The notes under the pieces were generated by a model. That model searched no databases. It was not told where the DNA came from and was given only the letters and a program-made list of their open reading frames with translations. From NCBI GenBank assembly GCA_040954595.2, contig CM082577.2:17305903-17369902 (forward strand): a stretch of DNA of 64,000 bases, written 5' to 3'. A program made the translations under genes and the position numbers. Origin of the DNA: Balanoglossus misakiensis (taxonomy: Eukaryota > Animalia > Hemichordata). This document shows, in pieces, positions 49,601 through 61,153 of the stretch (position 1 is its first letter; every line of letters begins with the position of its first letter).

Positions 49601-52600
49601 AGAGCATTCTATACTCCATCAGATTTCCGAAAATGTAGAAAACAGTTATTTTTTGTAATTTTCAAAAATTTACCATTTTGACCAAATTGTGGCTAAAATT
49701 GTTATTTTCGTGTTGAATGCCGCCAGTGTCACTGCTTTTAAAAGTCATAAAACCTTTGAACATACAAGCAATTGTTTATATATGTTCAGGTCACCGAATT
49801 AAAAAAAATAAAGAATGTTTTGCCTAAAAATGACCTTTTTGGTGCAAAAACGCAATTTTGTATTAAATCAGCTCATTCAGAGTGCATTTTTTATAATCAG
49901 CACCATTTTTACATATAATGGAAATTTCATACATCATCAGATATCCAAATATCAAAAAATGATTTAGATTTTAGATGATTGTCCAAAATTAGCTGATATC
50001 TAATAAATGTAGTATTGAACCGTTCTGTCCCCCCCCCCCCCTACATTATATGCCGTACGCCGATGTAAGCTAACCCGGCAGTACTGCAGGCCGTGCCCCC
50101 AACTAACGTCGGTGTTTGAAACGCCCTGGTTAAATTCGGGCTTTCTCTATAAATTGACAGGCAATAATGCAGTCCTACCCGAACAAATGTCGAGTGTTGA
50201 CCCGCTGTGACTTTCCCTCTTCGGTTTGCCCGACTTAGCCAACGTCTTTGTACTAGAGTGTCGGGTCTTTTGCAGAGCCAGGCCGAAGGAAATCCGACTT
50301 GATCACCTTTGCTAACGAACGCTAGTGTCTGTCATGGTGTGCCGGGGTTTTAGTCGAGCCAGGCCGTAGGAGATCTGACTTGATCATCGTGGTCAATGTA
50401 CGCGTGTTTTCCGCTCTAAAGTGCCGGGGCTTCAGCTAAACCAGGCCGTAGGAAATCCGACGTAATCACCGTTGATAACTTACGCCAGTCTGTGTCATAT
50501 AGAGCCGGTGCACCAGCCGAGTCACGCCGTAGGAAATCTGACTTGATCAACGTGGTCAATGTACGCCTGTTTCTGCTCTAGAGTGCCGGGGCTTCAGCTG
50601 AGCCAGGCCGTAGGAAACCCGACGTGATTACCGTTGTTAACTTACGCCAGTCTGTGTCCTATAGTGCCGGGGCATCAGCCGTGCCAGGCCGAAGGAAATG
50701 TGAGTTGATCAACGTGGTCTCTGTACGCGTGTTTCTGCTCTAGAGTGCCTGGGCTTTAGCCAAGCTATGCCGTAGGAAATCTGACTTGATCAACGTTGCT
50801 ACCGAACGCTAGTGTCTGTCATAGTGTGCCGGGGTTTTAGTCGAGCCAAGCCGTAGGAGATCAGACTTGATCAACATGGTCTCTGTACGCGTGTTTCTGC
50901 TCTAGAGTGCCGGGGCTTTATCCAAGCCATGCCGTAGAAAATCTGACTTGATCACCGTTGCTAACGTACGCTAGTGTCTGTCATAATGTGACGGAGATTT
51001 AGCCGAGCCAGGCCGTAGAAAAATCGACTTGTTCAACGTTACCAGTGTGCAACTGTTTCTGCTCTAGAGTGTCAGGGTTTAAGCCGACTTATGCTGTAGG
51101 AAATCTGAGTTGATGAACGGGAATTTAATGTTAGAAAACACGTGTGGAAAGTATCTCTACCCGTTTGAAACTAAGAAAAGAATTTATTCTTATTTATTTT
51201 CTAAAAAAGACAATTTTTCGAAAAAAAAAGTCGAAAATGGTAATTTTGTCTTGGGTGATTCAAACTATACCGCCTTTTCTGGAATTTGCAGCACTTCTAA
51301 CAAGAGAACGACACTTCATGCTCCATAATATTTTCTGAAAATGAAGAAAAGAGTTAATTTTTATGATTTTTTAAAAATATACAATTTTTGTCAAAATATG
51401 GCCAAAATGGCTATTTTTTCTTGAATTCCGTCAATATCTCTGCATTTTTTGAGTGGTCAAAAGTTTTAACATACAATCAACATGTCATATATGATCATGG
51501 CACCAAATTCGAAGAACAAAGGTTTTTTTATTATTTTTTCTAAAAATGTCATTTTCAAGGAAAATGTGGTAAAATGCAATTTTGTCTGCAGTGAGCCAAA
51601 TTAGACGGTCTTTTGTGGAATTTGTATCGATATATACATACGAAGAGCATTCTATACTCCATCAGATTTCCGAAAATGTAGTAAACAGTTATTTTTTGTA
51701 ATTTTCAAAAATTTACCATTTTGACCAAATTGTGGCTAAAATTGTTATTTTCGTGTTGAATGCCGCCAGTGTCACTGCTTTTAAAAGTCATAAAAACTTT
51801 GAACATACAAGCAATTGTTTATATATGATCAGGTCACCGAATTAAAAAATAAAGAATGTTTTGCCTAAAAATGACCTTTTTGGTGCAAAAACGCAATTTT
51901 GTATTAAATCAGCTCATTCAGAGTGCATTTTTTATAATCAGCACCATTTTTACATATAATGGAAATTTCATACATCATCAGATATCCAAATATGAAAAAA
52001 TGATTTAGATTTTAGATGATTGTCCAAAATTAGCTGATATCTAATAAATGTAGTATTGAACCGTTCTGTTCCCCCCCCCCCCTACATTATATGCCGTACG
52101 CCGATGTAAGCTAACCCGGCAGTACTGCAGGCCGTGCCCCCAACTAACGTCGGTGCTTGAAACGCCCTGGTTAAATTCGGGCTTTCTCTATAAATTGACA
52201 GGCAATAATGCAGTCCTACCCGAACAAATGTCGAGTGTTGACCCGCTGTGACTTTCCCTCTTCGGTTTGCCCGACTTAGCCAACGTCTTTGTACTAGAGT
52301 GTCGGGTCTTTTGCAGAGCCAGGCCGAAGGAAATCCGACTTGATCACCGTTGCTAACGAACGCTAGTGTCTGTCATGGTGTGCCGGGGTTTTAGTCGAGC
52401 CAGGCCGTAGGAGATCTGACTTGATCATCGTGGTCAATGTACGCGTGTTTCCGCTCTAAAGTGCCGGGGCTTCAGCTAAACCAGGCCGTAGGAAATCCGA
52501 CGTAATCACCGTTGATAACTTACGCCAGTCTGTGTCATATAGAGCCGGTGCACAAGCCGAGTCACGCCGTAGGAAATCTGACTTGATCAACGTGGTCATT

Positions 52601-53630
52601 GTACGCCTGTTTCTGCTCTAGAGTGCCGGGGCTTCAGCTGAGCCAGGCCGTAGGAAACCCGACGTGATTACCGTTGTTAACTTACGCCAGTCTGTGTCCT
52701 ATAGTGCCGGGGCATCAGCCGTGCCAGGCCGAAGGAAATGTGAGTTGATCAACGTGGTCTCTGTACGCGTGTTTCTGCTCTAGAGTGCCTGGGCTTTAGC
52801 CAAGCTATGCCGTAGGAAATCTGACTTGATCAACGTTGCTACCGAACGCTAGTGTCTGTCATAGTGTGCCGGGGTTTTAGTCGAGCCAAGCCGTAGGAGA
52901 TCAGACTTGATCAACATGGTCTCTGTACGCGTGTTTCTGCTCTAGAGTGCCGGGGCTTTATCCAAGCCATGCCGTAGAAAATCTGACTTGATCACCGTTG
53001 CTAACGTACACTAGTGTCTGTCATATTGTGACGGAGATTTAGCCGAGCCAGGCCGTAGAAAAATCGACTTGTTCAACGTTACCAGTGTGCAACTGTTTCT
53101 GCTCTAGAGTGTCAGGGTTTAAGCCGACTTATGCTGTAGGAAATCTGAGTTGATGAACGGTAATTCAATGTTAGAAAACCCGTGTGGAAAGTATCTCTAC
53201 CGGTTTGAAACTAAGAAAAGAATTTATTCTTATTTATTTTGTAAAAAAGACAATTTTTCGAAAAAAAGTCGAAAATGGTAATTTTGTCTTGGGTGATTCA
53301 AATTATCTCGCCTTTTCTGGAATTTGCAGCACTTTTTACAAGAGAACGACACTTCATGCTCCATAATATTTCTGAAAATGAAGAAAAGAGTTAATTTTTT
53401 ATGATTTTTTAAAAATTTACAATTTTTGTCAAATATGGCCAAATGGCTATTTTTTCTTGAATTCCGTCAATATCTCTGCATTTTTTGAGTGGTCGACAGT
53501 TTTAACATACAATCAACATGTCATATATGATCATGGCACCAAATTCGAAGAACAAAGGTTTTTTTATTATTTTTTCTAAAAATGACATTTTCAAGGAAAA
53601 TTTGGTAAAATGCAATTTTGTCTGCAGTGA

Positions 53631-53650
53631 GCCAAATTATACTCCATCAG
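53631..53650. repeat. 51-bp deletion junction in the AT-rich block
   Basis: GCCAAATTA|TACTCCATC lacks GACGGTCTTT...GAGCATTCTA, which is present in other units. There is a 2-bp TA microhomology. Interval is 1983 bp. Confidence 0.93.
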
Positions 53651-56600
53651 ATTTCCGAAAATGTAGAAAACAGTTATTTTTTGTAATTTTCAAAAATTTA
53701 CCATTTTGACCAAATTGTGGCTAAAATTGTTATTTTCGTGTTGAATGCCGCCAGTGTCACTGCTTTTAAAAGTCATAAAAACTTTGAACATACAAGCAAT
53801 TGTTTATATATGATCAGGTCACCGAATTAAAAAAATAAAGAATGTTTTGCCTAAAAATAACCTTTTTGGTGCAAAAACGCAATTTTGTATTAAATCAGCT
53901 CATTCAGAGTGCATTTTTTATAATCAGCACCATTTTTACATATAATGGAAATTTCATACATCATCAGATATCCAAATATGAAAAAATGATTTAGATTTTA
54001 AATGATTGTCCAAAATTAGCTGATATCTAATAAATGTAGTATTGAACCGTTCTGTCCCCCCCCCCTACATTATATGCCGTACGCCGATGTCAGCTAACCC
54101 GGCAGTACTGCAGGCCGTGCCCCCAACTAACGTCGGTGTTTGAAACGCCCTGGTTAAATTCGGGCTTTCTCTATAAATTGACAGGCAATAATGCAGTCCT
54201 ACCCGAACAAATGTCGAGTGTTGACCCGCTGTGACTTTCCCTCTTCGGTTTGCCCGACTTAGCCAACGTCTTTGTACTAGAGTTTCGGGTCTTTTGCAGA
54301 GCCAGGCCGAAGGAAATCCGACTTGATCACCGTTGCTAACGAACGCTAGTGTCTGTCATGGTGTGCCGGGGTTTTAGTCGAGCCAGGCCGTAGGAGATCT
54401 GACGTGATCATCTTGGTCAATGTACGCGTGTTTCCGCTCTAAAGTGCCGGGGCTTCAGCTAATCCAGGCCGTAGGAAATCCGACGTAATCACCGTTGATA
54501 ACTTACGCCAGTCTGTGTCATATAGAGCCGGTGCACCAGCCGAGTCACGCCGTAGGAAATCTGACTTGATCAACGTAGTCAATGTACGCCTGTTTCTGCT
54601 CTAGAGTGCCGGGGCTTCAGCTGAGCCAGGCCGTAGGAAACCCGACGTGATTACCGTTGTTAACTTACGCCAGTCTGTGTCCTATAGTGCCGGGGCATCA
54701 GCCGTGCCAGGCCGAAGGAAATGTGAGTTGATCAACGTGGTCTCTGTACGCGTGTTTCTGCTCTAGAGTGCCTGGGCTTTAGCCAAGCTATGCCGTAGGA
54801 AATCTGACTTGATCAACGTTGCTACCGAACGCTAGTGTCTGTCATAGTGTGCCGGGGTTTTAGTCGAGCCAAGCCGTAGGAGATCAGACTTGATCAACAT
54901 GGTCTCTGTACGCGTGTTTCTGCTCTAGAGTGCCGGGGCTTTATCCAAGCCATGCCGTAGAAAATCTGACTTGATCACCGTTGCTAACGTACGCTAGTGT
55001 CTGTCATATTGTGACGGAGATTTAGCCGAGCCAGGCCGTAGAAAAATCGACTTGTTCAACGTTACCAGTGTGCAACTGTTTCTGCTCTAGAGTGTCAGGG
55101 TTTAAGCCGACTTATGCTGTAGGAAATCTGAGTTGATGAACGGGAATCCAATGTTAGAAAACCCGTTTGGAAAGTATCTCTACCCGTTTGAAACTAAGAA
55201 AAGAATGTATTCTTATTTATTTGGTAAAAAAGACAATTTTTCGCAAAAAAGTCGAAAATGGTAATTTTGTCTTGGGTGATTCAAATTTTACCGCCTTTTC
55301 TGGAATTTGCAGCACTTTTAACAAGAGAACGACACTCCATGCTCCATAATATTTTCTGAAAATGAAGAAAAGAGTTAATTTTTTATGATTTTTTAAAAAT
55401 TTACAATTTTTGTCAAAATATGGCCAAAATGGCTATTTTTTCTTGAATTCCGTCAATATCTCTGCATTTTTTGAGTGGTCGAAAGTTTTAACATACAATC
55501 AACATGTCATATATGATCAGGGCACCAAATTCGAAGAACAAAGGTTTTTTTATTATTTTTTCTAAAAATGACATTTTCAAGGAAAATTTGGTAAAACGCA
55601 ATTTTGTCTGCAGTGAGCCAAATTAGACGGTCTTTTGTGGAATTTGTATCGATATATACATACGAAGAGCATTCTATACTCCATCAGATTTCCGAAAATG
55701 TAGAAAACAGTTATTTTTTGTAATTTTCAAAAAATTACCATTTTGACCAAATTGTGGCTAAAATTGTTATTTTCGTGTTGAATGCCGCCAGTGTCACTGC
55801 TTTTAAAAGTCATAAAACCTTTGAACATACAAGCAATTGTTTATATATGATCAGGTCACCGAATTAAAAAAATAAAGAATGTTTTGCCTAAAAATGGCCT
55901 TTTTGGTGCAAAAACGCAATTTTGTATTAAATCAGCTCATTCAGAGTGCATGTTTTATAATCAGCACCATTTTTACATATAATGGAAATTTCATACATCA
56001 TCAGATATCCAAATATGAAAAAATGATTTAGATTTTAGATGATTGTCCAAAATTAGCTGATATGTAATAAATGTAGTATTGAACCGTTCTGTTCCCCCCC
56101 CCCCCTACATTATATGCCGTACGCCGATGTCAGCTAACCCGGCAGTACTGCAGGCCGTGCCCCCAACTAACGTCGGTGTTTGAAACGCCCTGGTTAAATT
56201 CGGGCTTTCTCTATAAATTGACAGGCAATAATGCAGTCCTACCCGAACAAATGTCGAGTGTTGACCTGCTGTGACTTTCCCTCTTCGGTTTGCCCGACTT
56301 AGCCAACGTCTTTGTACTAGAGTGTCGGGTCTTTTGCAGAGCCAGGCCGAAGGAAATCCGACTTGATCACCGTTGCTAACGAACGCTAGTGTCTGTCATG
56401 GTGTGCCGGGGTTTTAGTCGAGCCAGGCCGTAGGATATCTGACTTGATCATCGTGGTCAATGTACGCGTGTTTCCGCTCTAAAGTGCCGGGGCTTCAGCT
56501 AAACCAGGCCGTAGGAAATCCGACGTAATCACCGTTGATAACTTACGCCAGTCTGTGTCATATAGAGCCGGTGCACCAGCCGAGTCACGCCGTAGGAAAT

Positions 56601-59600
56601 CTGACTTGATCAACGTGGTCAATGTACGCCTGTTTCTGCTCTAGAGTGCCGGGGCTTCAGCTGAGCCAGGCCGTAGGAAACCAGACGTGATTACCGTAGT
56701 TAACTTACGCGAGTCTGTGTCCTATAGTGCCGGGGCATCAGCCGTGCCAGGCCGAAGGAAATGTGAGTTGATCAACGTGGTCTCTGTACGCGTGTTTCTG
56801 CTCTAGAGTGCCTGGGCTTTAGCCAAGCTATGCCGTAGGAAATCTGACTTGATCAACGTTGCTACCGAACGCTAGTGTCTGTCATAGTGTGCCGGGGTTT
56901 TAGTCGAGCCAAGCCGTAGGAGATCAGACTTGATCAACATGGTCTCTGTACGCGTGTTTCTGCTCTAGAGTGCCGGGGCTTTATCCAAGCCATGCCGTAG
57001 AAAATCTGACTTGATCACCGTTGCTAACGTACGCTAGTGTCTGTCATATTGTGACGGAGATTTAGCCGAGCCAGGCCGTAGAAAAATCGACTTGTTCAAC
57101 GTTACCAGTGTGCAACTGTTTCTGCTCTAGAGTGTCAGGGTTTAAGCCGACTTATTCTGTAGGAAATCTGAGTTGATGAACGGGAATCCATTGTTAGAAA
57201 ACCCGTGTGGAAAGTATCTCTACCCGTTTGAAACTAAGAAAAGAATTTATTCTTATTTATTTTGTAAAAAAGACAATTTTTCGAAAAAAAGTCGAAAATG
57301 GTAATTTTGTCTTGGGTGATTCAAATTATACCGCCTTTTCTGGAATTTGCAGCACTTTTTACAAGAGAACGACACTCCATGCTCCATAATATTTCTGAAA
57401 ATGAAGAAAAGAGTTAATTTTTTATGATTTTTTAAAAATTTACCATTTTTGTTAAAATATGGCCAAAATGGCTATTTTTTCTTGAATTCCGTCAATATCT
57501 CTGCATTTTTTGAGTGGTCGAAAGTTTTAACATACAATCAACATGTCATATATGATCAGGGCACCAAATTCGAAGAACAAAGGTTTTTTTATTATTTTTT
57601 CTAAAAATAACATTTTCAAGGAAAATTTGGTAAAATGCAATTTTGTCTGCAGTGAGCCAAATTAGACGGTCTTTTGTGGAATTTGTATCGATATATACAT
57701 ACGAAGAGCATTCTATACTCCATCAGATTTCCGAAAATGTAGAAAACAGTTATTTTTTGTAATATTCAAAAATTTACCATTTTGACCAAATTGTGGCTAA
57801 AATTGTTATTTTCGTGTTGAATGCCGCCAGTGTCACTGCTTTTAAAAGTCATAAAACCTTTGAACATACAAGCAATTGTTTATATATGTTCAGGTCACCG
57901 AATTAAAAAAAATAAAGAATGTTTTGCCTAAAAATGACCTTTTTGGTGCAAAAACGCAATTTTGTATTAAATCAGCTCATTCAGAGTGCATTTTTTATAA
58001 TCAGCACCATTTTTACATATAATGGAAATTTCATACATCATCAGATATCCAAATATGAAAAAATGATTTAGATTTTAGATGATTGTCCAAAATTAGCTGA
58101 TATCTAATAAATGTAGTATTGAACCGTTCTGTCCCCCCCCCCCCTACATTATATGCCGTACGCCGATGTAAGCTAACCCGGCAGTACTGCAGGCCGTGCC
58201 CCCAACTAACGTCGGTGTTTGAAACGCCCTGGTTAAATTCGGGCTTTCTCTATAAATTGACAGGCAATAATGCAGTCCTACCCGAACAAATGTCGAGTGT
58301 TGACCCGCTGTGACTTTCCCTCTTCGGTTTGCCCGACTTAGCCAACGTCTTTGTACTAGAGTGTCGGGTCTTTTGCAGAGCCAGGCCGAAGGAAATCCGA
58401 CTTGATCACCTTTGCTAACGAACGCTAGTGTCTGTCATGGTGTGCCGGGGTTATAGTCGAGCCAGGCCGTAGGAGATCTGACTTGATCATCGTGGTCAAT
58501 GTACGCGTGTTTTCCGCTCTAAAGTGCCGGGGCTTCAGCTAAACCAGGCCGTAGGAAATCCGACGTAATCACCGTTGATAACTTACGCCAGTCTGTGTCA
58601 TATAGAGCCGGTGCACCAGCCGAGTCACGCCGTAGGAAATCTGACTTGATCAACGTGGTCAATGTACGCCTGTTTCTGCTCTAGAGTGCCGGGGCTTCAG
58701 CTGAGCCAGGCCGTAGGAAACCCGACGTGATTACCGTTGTTAACTTACGCCAGTCTGTGTCCTATAGTGCCGGGGCATCAGCCGTGCCAGGCCGAAGGAA
58801 ATGTGAGTTGATCAACGTGGTCTCTGTACGCGTGTTTCTGCTCTAGAGTGCCTGGGCTTTAGCCAAGCTATGCCGTAGGAAATCTGACTTGATCAACGTT
58901 GCTACCGAACGCTAGTGTCTGTCATAGTGTGCCGGGGTTTTAGTCGAGCCAAGCCGTAGGAGATCAGACTTGATCAACATGGTCTCTGTACGCGTGTTTC
59001 TGCTCTAGAGTGCCGGGGCTTTATCCAAGCCATGCCGTAGAAAATCTGACTTGATCACCGTTGCTAACGTACGCTAGTGTCTGTCATAATGTGACGGAGA
59101 TTTAGCCGAGCCAGGCCGTAGAAAAATCGACTTGTTCAACGTTACCAGTGTGCAACTGTTTCTGCTCTAGAGTGTCAGGGTTTAAGCCGACTTATGCTGT
59201 AGGAAATCTGAGTTGATGAACGGGAATTTAATGTTAGAAAACACGTGTGGAAAGTATCTCTACCCGTTTGAAACTAAGAAAAGAATTTATTCTTATTTAT
59301 TTTCTAAAAAAGACAATTTTTCGAAAAAAAAAGTCGAAAATGGTAATTTTGTCTTGGGTGATTCAAATTATCTCGCCTTTTCTGGAATTTGCAGCACTTT
59401 TTACAAGAGAACGACACTTCATGCTCCATAATATTTCTGAAAATGAAGAAAAGAGTTAATTTTTTATGATTTTTTAAAAATTTACCATTTTTGTCAAATA
59501 TGGCCAAAATGGCTATTTTTTCTTGAATTCCGTCAATATCTTTGCATTTTTTGAGTGGTCGAAAGTTTTAACATACAATCAACATGTCATATATGATCAG

Positions 59601-60667
59601 GGCACCAAATTCGAAGAACAAAGGTTTTTTTATTATTTTTTCTAAAAATGACATTTTCAAGGAAAATTTGGTAAAACGCAATTTTGTCTGCAGTGAGCCA
59701 AATTAGACGGTCTTTTGTGGAATTTGTATCGATATATACATACGAAGAGCATTCTATACTCCATCAGATTTCCGAAAATGTAGAAAACAGTTATTTTTTG
59801 TAATTTTCAAAAATTTACCATTTTGACCAAATTGTGGCTAAAATTGTTATTTTCGTGTTGAATGCCGCCAGTGTCACTGCTTTTAAAAGTCATAAAACCT
59901 TTGAACATACAAGCAATTGTTTATATATGATCAGGTCACCGAATTAAAAAAATAAAGAATGTTTTGCCTAAAAATGACCTTTTTGGTGCAAAAACGCAAT
60001 TTTGTATTAAATCAGCTCATTCAGAGTGCATGTTTTATAATCAGCACCATTTTTACATATAATGGAAATTTCATACATCATCAGATATCCAAATATGAAA
60101 AAATGATTTAGATTTTAGATGATTGTCCAAAATTAGCTGATATGTAATAAATGTAGTATTGAACCGTTCTGTTCCCCCCCCCCCTACATTATATGCCGTA
60201 CGCCGATGTCAGCTAACCCGGCAGTACTGCAGGCCGTGCCCCCAACTAACGTCGGTGTTTGAAACGCCCTGGTTAAATTCGGGCTTTCTCTATAAATTGA
60301 CAGGCAATAATGCAGTCCTACCCGAACAAATGTCGAGTGTTGACCCGCTGTGACTTTCACTCTTCGGTTTGCCCGACTTAGCCAACGTCTTTGTACTAGA
60401 GTGTCGGGTCTTTTGCAGAGCCAGGCCGAAGGAAATCCGACTTGATCACCGTTGCTAACGAACGCTAGTGTCTGTCATGGTGTGCCGGGGTTTTAGTCGA
60501 GCCAGACCGTAGGAGATCTGACTTGATCATCGTGGTCAATGTACGCGTGTTTCCGCTCTAAAGTGCCGGGGCTTCAGCTAAACCAGGCCGTAGGAAATCC
60601 GACGTAATCACCGTTGATAACTTACGCCAGTCTGTGTCATATAGAGACGGTGCACCAGCCGAGTCAC

Positions 60668-61153
60668 GCCGTAGGAAATCTGACTTGATCAACGTGGTCA
60701 ATGTACGCCTGTTTCTGCTCTAGAGTGCCGGGGCTTCAGCTGAGCCAGGCCGTAGGAAACCCGACGTGATTACCGTTGTTAACTTACGCCAGTCTGTGTC
60801 CTATAGTGCCGGGGCATCAGCCGTGCCAGGCCGAAGGAAATGTGAGTTGATCAACGTGGTCTCTGTACGCGTGTTTCTGCTCTAGAGTGCCTGGGCTTTA
60901 GCCAAGCTATGCCGTAGGAAATCTGACTTGATCAACGTGGTCAATGTACGCCTGTTTCTGCTCTAGAGTGCCGGGGCTCCAGCTGAGCCAGGCCGTAGGA
61001 AACCCGACGTGATTACCGTTGTTAACTTACGCCAGTCTGTGTCCTATAGTGCCGGGGCATCAGCCGTGCCAGGCCGAAGGAAATGTGAGTTGATCAACGT
61101 GGTCTCTGTACGCGTGTTTCTGCTCTAGAGTGCCTGGGCTTTAGCCAAGCTAT
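60668..61153. repeat. +243 bp tandem duplication of monomers M4-M6
   Basis: M4-M5-M6 occurs at 60668-60910 and again at 60911-61153. The junction lies in the 28-bp tract shared by M4 and M7. Interval is 2282 bp. Confidence 0.94.
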
